Assembly: GCA_024137785.1 (NCBI GenBank)
Contig: JAHRHZ010000016.1
Span: forward strand, 40,260,998-40,324,997
DNA: 64,000 nucleotides
Direction: 5' to 3'
Source of the DNA: Ginglymostoma cirratum
Taxonomy: Eukaryota
The notes below the pieces were generated by a model, which worked only from the letters and a program-made list of their open reading frames with translations, ran no database searches and had not been told where the DNA came from. Of the stretch, positions 14,065 to 26,527 are shown one piece after another. Within the stretch, counting starts at the first letter, position 1. Every line of letters begins with the position of its first letter. The translations under genes were made by a program, and so were the position numbers.

Positions 14065-14680
14065 AGTTGGGCATGCCAGAAGCACCAACAGGCTCATCAA
14101 AAATGAGCTCTGAAGCGGATGAAGTTACAACATAGAACTATTTGCATGTCAACAGCAGAAGCAGTCTGATATAGACAGGGCAAAGCAATCCCACAAACAA
14201 CAGATCAGGTCTAAGTTTTGCTGTGCTCATGGCCAGTCATGAAAGTTGTTTAATTGTTCACCAGCAAACTGGAGATTTGGGCTCCACAAATATCCCCATC
14301 CTCAATAATGGGGGAGCCGAGCACATGAGTACAAAAAGACAAGGTGGAAGTATTTATATCAAACTAACACAGAAAATTGCTGGAGAAACTCAGAAGGTCT
14401 GGCAGCATCTATGCACAGAACTCTGTTTTCTTGCCACAGATGCTGCCAGACCTGCTCAGTTCCTCCAACAGTTTCTGTTTGTTTCAGATCTTCAGAATCT
14501 GCAGTTCTTTATTTTCTGGAGTATTTAGCCAGAAGTGCCAAGATGATGATCCATTTTGGCCACCTCCTGAGGTCCCAGTGCCACTAATGCTAATATACAA
14601 CCAATTCCAGTCACTCCGGTGATATCAAGAAAGGGCTGAAGACACAGAATACTGCAAAGTCTACAGGCCCTGATAATAAT
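14065..14680 (+). mobile_element. LINE family B fragment (resumes at ~16570-16660 after a nested CR1)
   Basis: STNIPILNNGGAEHMSTK; FSQKCQDDDPFWPPPEVP. Confidence 0.75.
14368..14515. mobile_element. PLE family 2 fold-back unit (inverted pLTR pair)
   Basis: acagaaaattgctggagaaactcagaaggtctggcagcatct ... agatgctgccagacctgctcagttcctccaacagtttctgt: imperfect ~40-bp inverted arms. Confidence 0.7.
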
Positions 14681-15723
14681 AAAGTAAGGTGGAATCCGGC
14701 CAAGTAGACTGGGAACAGCTGCTGTAGGTTAACCTACACCAGAACAGTGGGGTGTATTCAAAAAGGAAATTAGCAGAGTACAGGCCCAATAAGTTCCTTC
14801 TGGTGTGAAATGTAAGAGGAACAAGTCAAGAGAACCCTGGATGTTTAAGAGTATTCAGGATTGGATAAGAAGAAAAAGAGAGGTTTTTAGCAGGTACAAA
14901 GGGAGCAAATCAATGGAGGCCATTGTGGAGTATACAAAATGCAGGAAGAACTTAAGAAAGCAGTTAGGAGAGCATAGGGGCTCATGAGAAACACTGGTGA
15001 GTAAAATTAGGGAGAATTTCAAGATACTCTGAGTACATTAAGGGGAAGAGGATAACTAAGTAAAGAGTAGGGCCCAAATGGGGCCAAGGGGATAATGTGT
15101 GTGGAGCTGGAAGACATTGGTGGGTGTCAATATGTACCTCATATTTGTCTTCATTTTGGAGAAGGTGGATGTTAGTGCAGAATTCAGGAAGAGGGACTGT
15201 AAGTTTCTTGTGCAGATTGACATAGGTGGTGAGATGTATTGGAGGTTTTGGCAGCCTTAAAATTGAACAAATCCCCAGGCCCAGGTGAATTGTATCCAGG
15301 CTGCTATGGGAGGCGAGCGTGGAAAGTACAAGGGCTTTGGCACAAAATTTTAATCCTTTCTGGCCACAAGAGAGGTGCCAGAGGACTGGAGGACAGCTAA
15401 TGTGATTCCACATTTCAAAAAGAGTGGTAGGAATAAACCAAAGAACTATAAATAAGTGAGTCTTGAATCAGCGTTAAGTAAACTGTTGAAAAAAATTCTG
15501 AAGGAGAGAATCAATCTCTACTTAGAAAGGTTAGGTTTGATCAGGGATAGTCAGTGTGGCTTTGTCAGAGGGAGGTCATGCCTAATAAATTTGGTAGAAA
15601 TTTTCCAGGAGGTGATCGGGTGTGTAGATGCAGTTGATGTTGTTTGCATGGATTTCAGCAAAATCTTGGAAAAAATCCCACGTGAGAAACTGATAAAGAA
15701 AGTAAAATCACATGGGATCCAGG

Positions 15724-16080
15724 ATTCATAGAATCATAGAACCCCTACGGTGTGTAAACAGGCCATTCGGCCCAACAAGTCCACACCAACTCTCTGAAGA
15801 GCATCCCACCCAGACTCACTCCCCCTAACCTATCCCTGTAACCCTGTATTTCTCATGGTTAATCCGCTTAACCTACACATCCGTGGACACTATGGGCAAT
15901 TTAGCATGCCAATTGACCTAGCCTGCACATGTTTGGACTGTGGGAGGAAACCGGAGCACCCGGAGGAAACCCGCACAGAAACTGGGAGAATGTGCAAACT
16001 CCACACAGACAGTCGAATTGAACCTGGATCCCTGGCGCTGTGATGCAGCACTGCTAACCACTGAGCGACCATGCCGTCCC
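15724..16080 (-). mobile_element. HE1 SINE (tRNA head, V-domain, CR1-like tail), full length
   Basis: Minus strand gggacggcatggtcgctcagtggttagcagtgctgc...gggatccaggttcaattc (A/B boxes); ttcctcccacagtccaaacatgtgcagg core; (ttctatga)n tail. Confidence 0.9.
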
Positions 16081-16120
16081 AAAAAATAGCGCCACACCCC
16101 TCGGAATGCAGCTTAAAACC

Positions 16121-16202
16121 TGACTGTGGTGGGACTCGAACCCGCAACCTTTGAATGCCTTCAACAACTTCAGACCAGAAGTCCAACATGCTGTCCACTG
16201 TG
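16121..16202 (-). pseudogene. Intron-containing tRNA-Arg(TCT) pseudogene, 5'-truncated by ~10 nt
   Basis: Minus strand cacagtggacagcatgttggacTTCTg-[19-nt intron 16157-16175]-attcaaaggttgcgggttcgagtcccaccacagtca matches the vertebrate Arg-TCT pattern GGACTTCTA/intron/ATTCAAAGGTTG.GGGTTCGA.TCCCACCAGAGTCG; followed by ggTTTT. Confidence 0.88.
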
Positions 16203-16754
16203 GGAATTAGTTGGATCCAAAATTAGCTTGGTGGCAGGAGACAGAGGATATTGGTAGAAGGCTGTTTGTGTGACTGGAATTCTGTGACAGGTGCCAGGGA
16301 TCAGTGCTGGGTCCTTTATTGTTTGTGATATATTATATTCTTTTCATATACAAAAGAGAGAATGTGGGGTATCATAAGTAAATTTGCAGATATCATGAAG
16401 ATTGCCGGAGTGGGTTAATAGTGAGGAGGAAGGTCTTAGATTACATGAAAAAATAAATGGATTAGTCAGATGGGCAGATCAGTAACAGATGGAATTTAAC
16501 CCTGAAAAGTGTTAGCTGACGCACTTTGGAAGAAGTAACAAGACGAGAGAGTACTCAAAGAATGGGCCAACACATGCATACTGTGGCTAAAAAAAAGTTG
16601 ATCAGATGCTTGGAATTCTGTGGCAAATAACTCACCTCCTGTCTCCTGTCTCCAAAAAGCCTGATTTTGTAGCCAAACATTTCAAGGGAAAAAAAAACTG
16701 GCTATCATTAATTTTTCCATATTCTATCAATTACTATCCTCAGAACTGGGGATG

Positions 16755-16862
16755 GTGTTCTGAGGAAGGGTCACCGGACCCGAAATGTTAACTCTGATTT
16801 TTGTCTACAGATGCTGCCAGAGCAACTGAACTTTTCCAGCAATTTCTGTTTTTGTTTCAAAC
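16755..16862 (+). mobile_element. PLE family 2 pLTR with well-formed minimal HHR
   Basis: gttCTGAGGAa GGGTC-accg-GACCC GAAA tgtt aac: perfect stem II; stem I gtt/aac. Confidence 0.75.
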
Positions 16863-17479
16863 AAAATGTGTTAGTACAACGTAGGTTTTCCAATTAACAC
16901 TGATGATGTTAAGTTTATCAGCAGCGATCACCTGGGATGGTCAGGTCATCTGGGCAGGATTTTCAAATCACCAGTGAGAGAGATTAGTAAAATGGGTGCT
17001 TGAAAAATAGTGCACTTGAATGGCATGTCAGTCTTCCAATGAGTGTGTGTGCACAGGAATTTTTAAAGGGAGGTTGGCTGGCAGAGAGGACTGTTTGCAT
17101 ACATCAAATCAACTGGCAGTTGCAATTGTTGAAGAGCTTATTAACAGTCTGGTAAGGGACACAATCAATTTTTTAGAAGTGATAACAGGAAGAAACTGTG
17201 TGAGACACCTAATTGCACATCTGATTGCAACATAGTGAATGGGCATTATTCATTGTGGTTGCTGTTATAAAAGCTTGTATATAAAAAAAAGCTGAGTTCA
17301 AACTCAGAAGAGGCTAAGCTGATGAACTCATTTGCTGACACGAAGTTGACAACACTCAAATAGAACAACTTGAGAGCTTGCGAACTGAGTGTTGAGCAGT
17401 TGTGTGTTAGTAATGTGTTGTCTTGTCTGTACCATTGCTCCAGGAAATGGCAAGCCCTGTGTGAAAATGTAGCAATTAA

Positions 17480-18350
17480 GCTATGTTGCATTCTGAGTTG
17501 TATTAATTGGGACATAGAGTACAAGAGCAAGGAGATTCTGTTGACTATATAAGACACTGAAATGACTCCCACCGAGGCTGACACCCATTTCCAAGTCTCC
17601 CTCTATTTACAATGAACAGTCCTTGACTTTTGTATTGCCTCATTCAGGAGTCAGGTACCAGAGTGTCAGTATCTCTGACACTCCCCTTTGTATATGTCAG
17701 CCAGGATTCCCTGATTGGGGCTGTTACTCTGATTCAATCAGGGAATTCATATTCTATGAGGTCCAGCTGGCTGACCTTGTTACCATCACTACAGATACTA
17801 GTTCAGCCTGAACTATATTGTTAGGTTCAATTCTGTGTGCTAACTTTAGGAAGCTTGTGAAGACATTGGAGAAGATGCAGGAAAGAGTTGAGAAGAACAG
17901 TTCCAGCAATGAGAAACTTCAGCTGTGAAGATTGCTTCAAGATATTAGGGATTGTTTTCTTTGGAGAAAAGAAGGGCGAGCAGAGATTTGATAGAGGTAT
18001 TCAAAATCATGACAAATCTGGACAGAGTGAAGAGAAAAAACGTTCCCACTTGGGGAGGGGATTGAAAGAGAATATGGATTTAAAATTAATTGGTGAATGT
18101 GGGAAAAAACAATATGAAGAAAATCTTCCTCAATCAGCAAATGGTTATGGTCTGGACCACCCTGTCTGCGAGTATGATGGAGGCAGGTTCAAATGAAACA
18201 TCCAAACGAGAACTAGACTGTTTATGAACAGGAAGAATTAACACGGTTACAGGGGGAGGCCAGGGGCACTAAGTGATTTGATCAGTTAAATAGCCAGTGC
18301 AGATACAGTTGGTTGAATGGCCTCCATTTGCACTGGAGCAATCTGTGATG
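17480..18350 (+). mobile_element. Old CR1 3' region, interrupted by a solo LTR
   Basis: INWDIEYKSKEILL; aactatattgttaggttcaattctg; gatttgatagaggtattcaaaatcatg; gaatggcctcc tail. Confidence 0.75.
17558..17793 (-). mobile_element. Solo LTR (236 bp) with 5-bp TSD
   Basis: TG...CA termini (tgaaatg...cactaca), flanks gacac/gatac; removal restores contiguous CR1 sequence. Strand inferred. Confidence 0.75.
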
Positions 18351-18775
18351 GTTATATTTACCTTGAAACGTCACTGTCCAGAAGTGCTTCCCACTTCTGC
18401 CTTTCATCATCTGCCTCTAATTCAGTGCCCAGGTAAACGAGGGCCCTTTTCTATGAAAATTCTATTGCCTGAATGAAACTGCAGTGGTGAGGTTGGGATA
18501 GAGAAAAAGGCGTGATGTTGGATTACTGACCCCAAATTGGACATTCATGCCAAAGCTCTTGCCGGTTTCAAAGAAAGAAATTGTTCAATTCTTGAAACTG
18601 TTTTGTCAAATAGCTGGATTTATCTTTGCAAATAGGAACAATCTATACTTAAGCAATATTATAAGTTATACAAAACTATGTTGATCTTTTAATAACATCT
18701 ATGGCTTACCTAACCACTTTAGTTCAAGTCTTAGAATCCCAAACCTCTCATCTCACTACAAATTAACCCATGCCT

Positions 18776-19369
18776 TGTATTATTGACCAGACCAAATCCC
18801 CTCAGAATATATTAAGAAGATGTCTTTAAAATAAGAAGAAGTTATTGTCTAGGCCAAATTGAAGGCACTGTGTTCCAGATGCAATTCAATTCACCAAACT
18901 ACTCAACTTTAAACAAAACACACTTTATAGTAGACTACAGTTAAAATACAGACAAAAAAAAAAGAACTGGCTAAATAACATATATATTAACTACTACTAA
19001 TTAACTGTTCCAATGTAGTAATGTCCCATAAACATAAAAAGACAAAGGCAAATTCAGTCAAACAGATTGTCTCACATGCAATTCTAGCTGTACGAAGAGA
19101 ACACCAGCCTATAGCTGTAATGGAGAGAGTAATAAGGGCTTCCACATCCAACTTTAATATCCCAGCAACTGCAGAAAACCAAAACTAAAAACCTTGATTC
19201 TGTGGGAGCTTGACCCCACCCATTCAGGCTGCTTCTGTTGTTCCAACTTGAAAAAAAACAGGCTGTTTACTTCTTTGGCTTTGAGCAGAATGCTCGGTAC
19301 CTCTGTCTCAGCCTTTCTTTGTTAAAAAAAAGGACATATTATACCTCTTAAAGCCATAGCATTGTTACT
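18776..19369 (-). mobile_element. Probable solo LTR
   Basis: tgtatt..gaccagaccaaatcccc start and gccatagcattgttac end; LTR-like composition; TSD not clear. Confidence 0.4.
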
Positions 19370-19739
19370 CTTGGCATTAACTGGCACTGAATTGGTCTTC
19401 CCATGCAGGCAGACTACAAGTTAGCTTGTGTGGAATATTATGGGCAGGGAGGAATGCACTATGGCAGAACATGTAGTAGGTTCTTTCATTTGTGGCAGTT
19501 CCTGTAAGTAGATGTTAATCCTGTCACCTGAAAGCTGCACATGTGTGCTATTCCATACGATTGTAAATTGACAATGGTCTATATTCTGTATTAACCGTGG
19601 TTCCCTGCTGCATTATTTGATCTCTTTGGTCTGGCATAAGTTAAATTGGACTTTGCAGTTTTTACCGAACAACTTACAAAGAACGTATTTCACTGCAAAG
19701 ACAAAAAAAATCTAATTTGATAATTCCTTAGATAGCATT

Positions 19740-20035
19740 TGCCAAATCCATAAGCACTACCATCTATAAGGATAAAGGCACGTTAACAACACCATCTACA
19801 AATTCCCCTCCAAGCCACTCAGCAACCTAGCATGGAAATATTGCCATTCCTCCACTGTCACTGGGTCAATATCCTGGAGTTACCTCCTTAACAGCATTGT
19901 GGGTCTACTTACAGCACATAGACAGCAGATGTTTAAGAAGACAGCTCACCACCATTTTCTCAAGGGCAACTAGGGATGGACAATAAATCTGGGCTTGACA
20001 GTGACACCCACATCACATCAGTGAATTAAAAAAAA
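19740..20035 (+). mobile_element. LINE family B 3' end
   Basis: aattcccctccaagccactc...caagggcaactagggatggacaataaat...gaattaaaaaaaa. Confidence 0.8.
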
Positions 20036-20255
20036 CAGAAATGCTATATGGAAAAATAATTCTTAACAGTTTAATTTACCCTTCCGCATAACTTTTCCTG
20101 AGCATCAAAGCATTTTATACAGCAAACAACAGCATTTTCTGACAGAAAATTATCCTGGTACTTTCTCCTCCTTAATGATATGTTTTTCTGTTATTTGTAA
20201 TTGAATTGTGTCATTAATTCCACTCAATTGTGGAACTAGCAAAGTTACTGCTTTT

Positions 20256-21688
20256 AAGATAACAAGCATGGGGCTGGATGAACACAGCAGGTCAAGCAGC
20301 ATCACAGGAGCAGGAAAACTTGACGTTTCGGGCCTAAANNNNNNNNNNNNNNNNNNNNNNNNNNNNNNNNNNNNNNNNNNNNNNNNNNNNNNNNNNNNNN
20401 NNNNNNNNNNNNNNNNNNNNNNNNNNNNNNNNNNNNNNNNNNNNNNNNNNNNNNNNNNNNNNNNNNNNNNNNNNNNNNNNNNNNNNNNNNNNNNNNNNNN
20501 NNNNNNNNNNNNNNNNNNNNNNNNNNNNNNNNNNNNNNNNNNNNNNNNNNNNNNNNNNNNNNNNNNNNNNNNNNNNNNNNNNNNNNNNNNNNNNNNNNNN
20601 NNNNNNNNNNNNNNNNNNNNNNNNNNNNNNNNNNNNNNNNNNNNNNNNNNNNNNNNNNNNNNNNNNNNNNNNNNNNNNNNNNNNNNNNNNNNNNNNNNNN
20701 NNNNNNNNNNNNNNNNNNNNNNNNNNNNNNNNNNNNNNGGAGATGAGCTGGGCTGGTTTTGGGATGCGGTTGGGGGAGGGGAGATTTTGAAGCTTGTGAA
20801 ATCCACATTGATGCCATTGGGCTGCAGGGTTCCCAGGCTGAATATGATTTGCTGTTCCTGCAGCCTTCGGGTGGCATCACTGTGGCATTGCAGGAGGCCA
20901 AGGATGGACATGTCATCTGAGGAATGGGAGGGGGAGTTGAAATGGTTCGCGACTGGGAGGTGCAGTTGTTTGTTGCGAACTGAGCGCAGGTGTTCTGCAA
21001 AGAGGTCCCCAAGCCTCCGCTTGGTTTCCCCGATGTAGAGGAAGCCACAACGGGTACAGCGGATGCAGTATACCACATTGGCAGATGTGCAGGTGAACCT
21101 CTGCCTGATGTGGAAAGTCTTCTTGGGGCCTGGGATTGGGGTGAGGGAGGAGGTGTGGGGGCAGGTGTAGCACTTCCTGCAGTTACAAGGAAAAGTGCCG
21201 GGTGTGGTGGGGCTGGAGGGGAGTGTGGAGCGGACAAGGGAGTCGCGGAGGGAGTGGTCCCTCCGGAAGGCAGATAAGGGTGGGGAGGGAAAAATGTCTT
21301 TGGTGGTGGGGTCTGATTGCAGATGGCGGAAGTGTCGGAGGATGATGAGTTGGATCCGGAGGTTGGTAGGGTGGTATGTGAGGACGAGGGGGATTTTTTT
21401 TGGTTATTGTTGCGGGGACGGGGCGTGAGGGATGTGTTCCGGGAAATGCGGGAGACACGGTCGAGGGCGTTCTCGACCACTGTGGGGGGGGAAGTTGCGG
21501 TCCTTGAAGAATGAGGACATTTGAGATGTGCTTCCTCTACATCGGGGAAACCAAGCGGAGGCTTGGGGACCGCTTTGCAGAAACGTCAAGTTTTCCTGCT
21601 CCTATGATGCTGCTTGACCTGCTGTGTTCCTCCAGCCCCATGCTTGTTATCTTGGATTCTCCAGCATCTGCAGTACCTTTTATCTCTG
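20256..21688 (-). mobile_element. PLE family 1, GIY-YIG end with inverted pLTR and 14-bp TSD
   Basis: ORF VYCIRCTRCGFLYIGETKRRLG..FAEHLRSV...PVANHFNS..HS..D...GINVDF is a PLE GIY-YIG endonuclease. TSD aagttactgctttt at 20242-20255 and 21689-21702. Contains a 400-N gap. Confidence 0.92.
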
Positions 21689-22289
21689 AAGTTACTGCTT
21701 TTGTCTATCCAAACTCCTTGAAATCAACTAAAGTCCAACTATTTTTGACAAGAGCATTGCTCACAAATACATTTGACAATAAAGCTGGTCAGTCTGACAA
21801 AACCCGAAGAGATTAGAAACAGATATGAATCAACAGCATTTGGTCATACATTTCAAACATTGATTTTATGATTACAAGAACCACTCACATTCAAAGCTAA
21901 AATACAAGTTGTCAGAAAATTCAATTCTATTTACGTGTTGCCAAACACAGTGGCTAATCTGCAATCTTGAAGAAGATGGAATTTGATTCTCTCAGTATAG
22001 CAGACATTAGCAATTTAAAATAGCAAACAACATTTTTCATTGGAAGACAGGGCATTTTGTTTTCAATCTTCAAGAAGCTTCACACCATCTGCTCACTATT
22101 TTCAAAAGGATAAGCACAAAGCTATAAATTTATAGACTCTACATGTAGCCGTGTGACACCATAGGTCAGTCAGTGGGTGCAGTGTCTGAAAAGGAATTTC
22201 AATTTCTTCCGCAATAAAATCCTTGTTCTTAGTCGTACAAAATTTAAAAAATAAATCCTCCAACCTTCAGCATATTTTGAAACAAATAC

Positions 22290-23625
22290 TAAGAAAATGC
22301 TGGGAACGATAGACCAGTGAGTCTGACTTCAGTGGTGGGTAAGTTGTTGGAAGTGATTTGGAAAGATAGAATTGGAGAGGGAAGGAAAAATTATGGATAA
22401 TTAGCATGGTTTTGTGTGAGGGAAATTGTGTCTCACAAACTGGATTGAGTTTTTTAAGGAAGTAACCACGAAGATTGATGAGGGTAGAGGGGTAGACATT
22501 GTTTACTTGGACTTTAGAAAAGCCTTTGTCAAGGTTCCGCATGGTAGACTAATTAGTAAAGTTAGATCACGTGGGATTCAGGGTGATCTTGCCTATTGGA
22601 TGCAAACTTGGCTAAACGGCAAAGATAGAGAGTAATGGAGGAGGGTTATTTTTCAGATTGGAGGCCTGTAACCAGCAATGTTCCAGAGGGATTGGTGCTG
22701 GGTACACTTTTATTTGTCAGTATAAAAATAATTTAGATAAGAAAATAGAAGGCATGGTTAGTAAGTTTGCAGATGAAACCAAATTGGTGGTCTAGTGGAC
22801 TGTGAAGGTGGTCATCTACAAGGGGACATTGATCAACTGGGTCAATGGGTTGAAGAATGGCAGATGGAGTTTAATTTGGATATATGCGAGGTCTTGCATT
22901 CTGGTAAAACAAACAAAGGCGGGACTTACAAATTAAAAGAAGGGCCTTGAGTAGTGTTGTAGACCAGACAGACCAAGGGTTCAGGTACATAATTCTTTGA
23001 TTTTAGTGTCACATATAAATAGTTTGGTAAAGAGGGTGTTTAGCATGGTTGCCTACATTGCTTAGACATTTGAGTATAGGATTTGGGACGTTATGTTGAG
23101 GTTGTACAGGCCGTTGATGAGGTCTCTTCTGGAGTAATGTGTTCAGTTCTGGTCACTCTGTTATAAGAAAGATATTATTAAGCTGGAGAGAGCTCAGAAG
23201 ACATTTACCAGGATGTTCCTGGGAATGGGGGAGTTGAGTTATAAGGAAAGACTGGGGCGTTTTTCACTGGAGCATAGGAAATTGAGGGTTGACCTTATGG
23301 AAATTTATAAAATCATGAGAGGTTTGGATAAAGTGAATAACAGGTGTCTTCCCTAGAGTGAGGAATTTCAAGACTAGGGGGCCTATTTTTAAGGTGAGAG
23401 GAGAAAGATTTAAAAAAGACGAGGGCAGTATATTTTTCCCTACACGAAGAGTGGTTTATGTATGGAATGAACTTCCAGAGAAAGTTATGGATATGGGTAC
23501 AGTTAGAATGTTTAACACATTTAGGTAATTACATGAATAAGAAATGTTTGGGGGGATATGGGCCAAGTGCAGGCAGGTTGGACTGAAGGGTCTGTTTCCG
23601 TGCTGTGTGACTCTCTGACTTTATG
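22290..23625 (+). mobile_element. CR1 LINE, RT domain to 3' end, decayed
   Basis: CLTNWIEFFKEVTTKIDEGRGVDIVYLDFRKAFVKVPHGRL; KFADETK; tail gggtctgtttccgtgctgtgtgactctctgact. Confidence 0.9.
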
Positions 23626-23744
23626 AAATGACCTTTCAATCTAGTCCAGAACGGCTGTGGTCAATCCCCTGCAAAAATGCTTTCCATGCATTTGGTAGTG
23701 AATATTGTAGCTTGTGTAATGCTTTGTCATAAAATAAAATAAAA

Positions 23745-23795
23745 AAACTGCGGATGCTGGAAATCTGCAATTAAAACACAGAGTGCCAGAGAAAT
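23745..23795 (-). mobile_element. PLE family 2-like pLTR 3' fragment
   Basis: aactgcggatgctggaaatctgcaattaaaacacagagtgccagagaaa. Confidence 0.5.
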
Positions 23796-24819
23796 GGTAT
23801 GACATCCTTCCACCGAGGAGTTGGAAGCCCAACTCTGCACTAATTTAGCCCACCCCAAGTGGGATACACCCATGGGATAGGAAGGGGATGTTGATACTTG
23901 GGGGTTTAGCTACGCAGGAACCTGAAAGTCATGGTCCGAGGTGCAGCCACCGTTGCCTTCCATCATCCTGTCAAGCATAAGTGCACAATGGAAATGAAAA
24001 TGGCAGCAATCAGAGTGGGCAATGTAAGTGTTGTTATTTGTCTGCAAGCTACAGCTAAGTGGAGCCCTTCAAAGGCCAAAGGGCTACACCAGTAAAGGCA
24101 TACCCGTACATTCCCCACATCATGAAAATGATACACATTTGTGAGCTCAGCATGCCTTGTGATTCTTTGGCTTTAGGCGACCGTGCGCAGTTCAATTTCT
24201 TGACTCAAACTCTCTTGGTCATTTCGTGTTGGCTAATGGCTGAATGCTATGAATGCCTATGACTGGGCACCTAGAGAGATGAAGCCAAGTTGCCCAGGTT
24301 GCGAGTCACCCATTGCCTGCTCATGGGGCAGTAACTGCTCACTTCACAGATCATCATCTACAGATCAGGATCAGTGGCTTCAGCACATTCAACAATGCTG
24401 TACAGAGACTCACACAAGCAGGTTAGAGTGAAGTCATAACTTTGCTAGAGGCAGATGTCACCTGAGCCACCAAAAGATATACCTGTACCTTTCCCTCCCA
24501 GTACATCTCAGTGCAGTCCCACCCCAAAGGGCAGGACAATCTCAAAAAGCAGGATGCAAATTCTGCTGAAGTCATCTTTGCAAAGGAGAAAAATATTGTG
24601 TTCTCACTGGAGCAGCTAAATCATTTTGCACACAAATAAATGGCCAGAAAGAAGCACAAAAATGGCACGTACAAATGATCACTGGAGGGAAATCAACTGA
24701 AGATTCTAGTGAATCATTCTACACCTTGCAACCGGTTGGTTCAGTCAAGTTAATAGATGATATATGGTTTGTGACATTTGGAATGAAAACCGCAGAAACA
24801 GAACATCAGGTCGACATAA

Positions 24820-26500
24820 AGGGCTGAATCTTATGTTCTTTTGGCTCAGTAACAGTTGTGTCAAGTTTACGGACAGTTTACCACTGTGAGGGCAAGCAGG
24901 ATTTCTCACCAGACCTTATCAAACCTGCCTCATTAACTACCTACCCCACCCCCATGGCATTTCTCTTGTCTGCTCTTCACCCCATCTTACCATGTGCTGT
25001 TTCTGAAACAACTCACCAGTCAGCAGATATCCAAAAAAAAGGACAAGGACCCCTGTCACTGTCACCATATTCTAAAGGCGGCCGCACACCTGGAGAAGCA
25101 CTGGCATTCTGACGCTGTCCTACTCAGTGATAGACAGACGCGTGAAGATATCAGAGAAGGAATAGATGGTGCTGCACATCTTTGACGGGGGGCGTCCGTC
25201 AGTCAGTCTAATTCAGGTCGGGTTGGTCAGTCAGTCGGACTCTGCTGGAGTTTGGAATATGATCAGATGGGTAAAAGGAAAAGGGGCAGTGCAGTGGCTC
25301 AGTGGTTAGCACTGCCGCCTCACAGTGCCAGGCACCCAGGTTCAGTTCTAGCCGTGGTTGACTGTCTGTGTGGAATTTGTATATTCTCGCCATATCCATG
25401 TGGAATTCTGTCAGGTGCTCCAGTTTCCTCCACAGTCCAAAGATGTGCAGGTTAGATGGACTGGCCATGCTAAATTGCCCACAGTGTCCTGGCATGTGCA
25501 GGCCAGGTGGGTTAGCCATAATTGCAAGGTTACAGGGATGGGGTGGGGGTGTGTGCGAGGCTAGGTCTAGTTGGGATGCTGTTTGGAGGGTCAGTGCATA
25601 ATTGATAGGCCGAATGGCCTCTTTCCTCACTGTAGGGATTCTACGATTTCTATGACCTGGATGTCCTGATGGAGAGGATGCCCTTTGTTTCCCCCCCAGA
25701 GGACCTGAATGGGAGGCAATTACACCAGACTCTGGCTGCTGGATCGGGGATCGCTACTGAAGTTGTGGATGAACAGCCAGAGGTGCTGCAATAATGTCAT
25801 TGACCTTCTCCAGTGTGTCTGGATAAGTCATACAGCCTTCTCTCTGCTTCCTTATGCTCACAGTCATTCTATTTCTGCAACTGCACTTATCTCCCACAAA
25901 GACTCATTTGCTGCCACTCCTACTTCTAGCTGCAACATCTTTCCTCAGCTGGTCTCCCCAACCTCCCATACTACTAACCCTGCCTCCTCACTACCCGGGA
26001 ACACCTTATCCAACTGCATGAGCACTAACAGCTGTGCCACCCATTCTCATCTGACTTAATCCCTCTCTTTCTTTACATTCCAAGAGAAGACAGTCCTCTG
26101 TAGATCAGATATGTGGATTTCAGACTCCTCACTCCCCTTAAAGGCAACAATCCTGCTCCCTGCAGGTGAAATGTAGGACTGCTCCTGTGATGATGCTGAG
26201 CTATCCATATCCTGCCAACCATGAAAGTACCACTCTTCATTCTCCTACAATACTCCCACATTAACCCCATTGTCAATGCCCTCTATTGCATGCCTTTTCT
26301 AATCATTGGCTACAATGCCTTCCCTTTCTTGTGAAATCAGGTCCTGAGGACCTCTGTGACCTCAGTAAAGAAATGTCTGGCTCCCCTAAGAAGCCACCTC
26401 CTCAAGCCGTGGTGACAAGAGGCCTCAGAGGAAGCACAGGCAATGAGCGATTTTGTCCACATGTACAGGGAGGAACAGGAGCAGCAGATGGGACTCATTG
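24820..26500 (+). mobile_element. Degenerate PIF/Harbinger-derived element with Myb/SANT-like ORF remnant, interrupted by HE1
   Basis: GGG-starting TIR-like gggctgaatctta; after the SINE, DLDVLM...LFPP...TLAA(W)...RCCNNVIDLL resembles the Harbinger Myb protein. Very decayed; right boundary approximate. Confidence 0.4.
25283..25653 (+). mobile_element. HE1 SINE, full length
   Basis: ggggcagtgcagtggctcagtggttagcactgccgcctcacagtgccaggcacccaggttc...cagtccaaagatgtgcaggttag...ggccgaatggcct...gggattctacgatttctatga. Confidence 0.9.
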
Positions 26501-26527
26501 ACCCTTACAGCACAGAAGCTGCAGGGA

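Larger units (their letters stand above)
14685..16565 (+). mobile_element. CR1 LINE ORF2 fragment hosting the HE1/tRNA insertion
   Basis: EPW...I.DWIRRK; LLKKILKERINLYLE..GLIRDSQCGFVRGRSCLINL...VDVVCMDFSK; GSVLGPLLF; KFAD. Confidence 0.85.

Noticed and set aside
16121-16202. Functional tRNA-Arg gene
   Set aside because: The 5' acceptor strand is missing, the D-arm shows CpG decay, and it lies inside a CR1.
20150-21480. Long ORFs (276-392 aa) here and at 36236-36880 and 62745-63414
   Set aside because: Their length comes from translating through 400-N gaps; only the GIY-YIG part is real and it is TE-derived.
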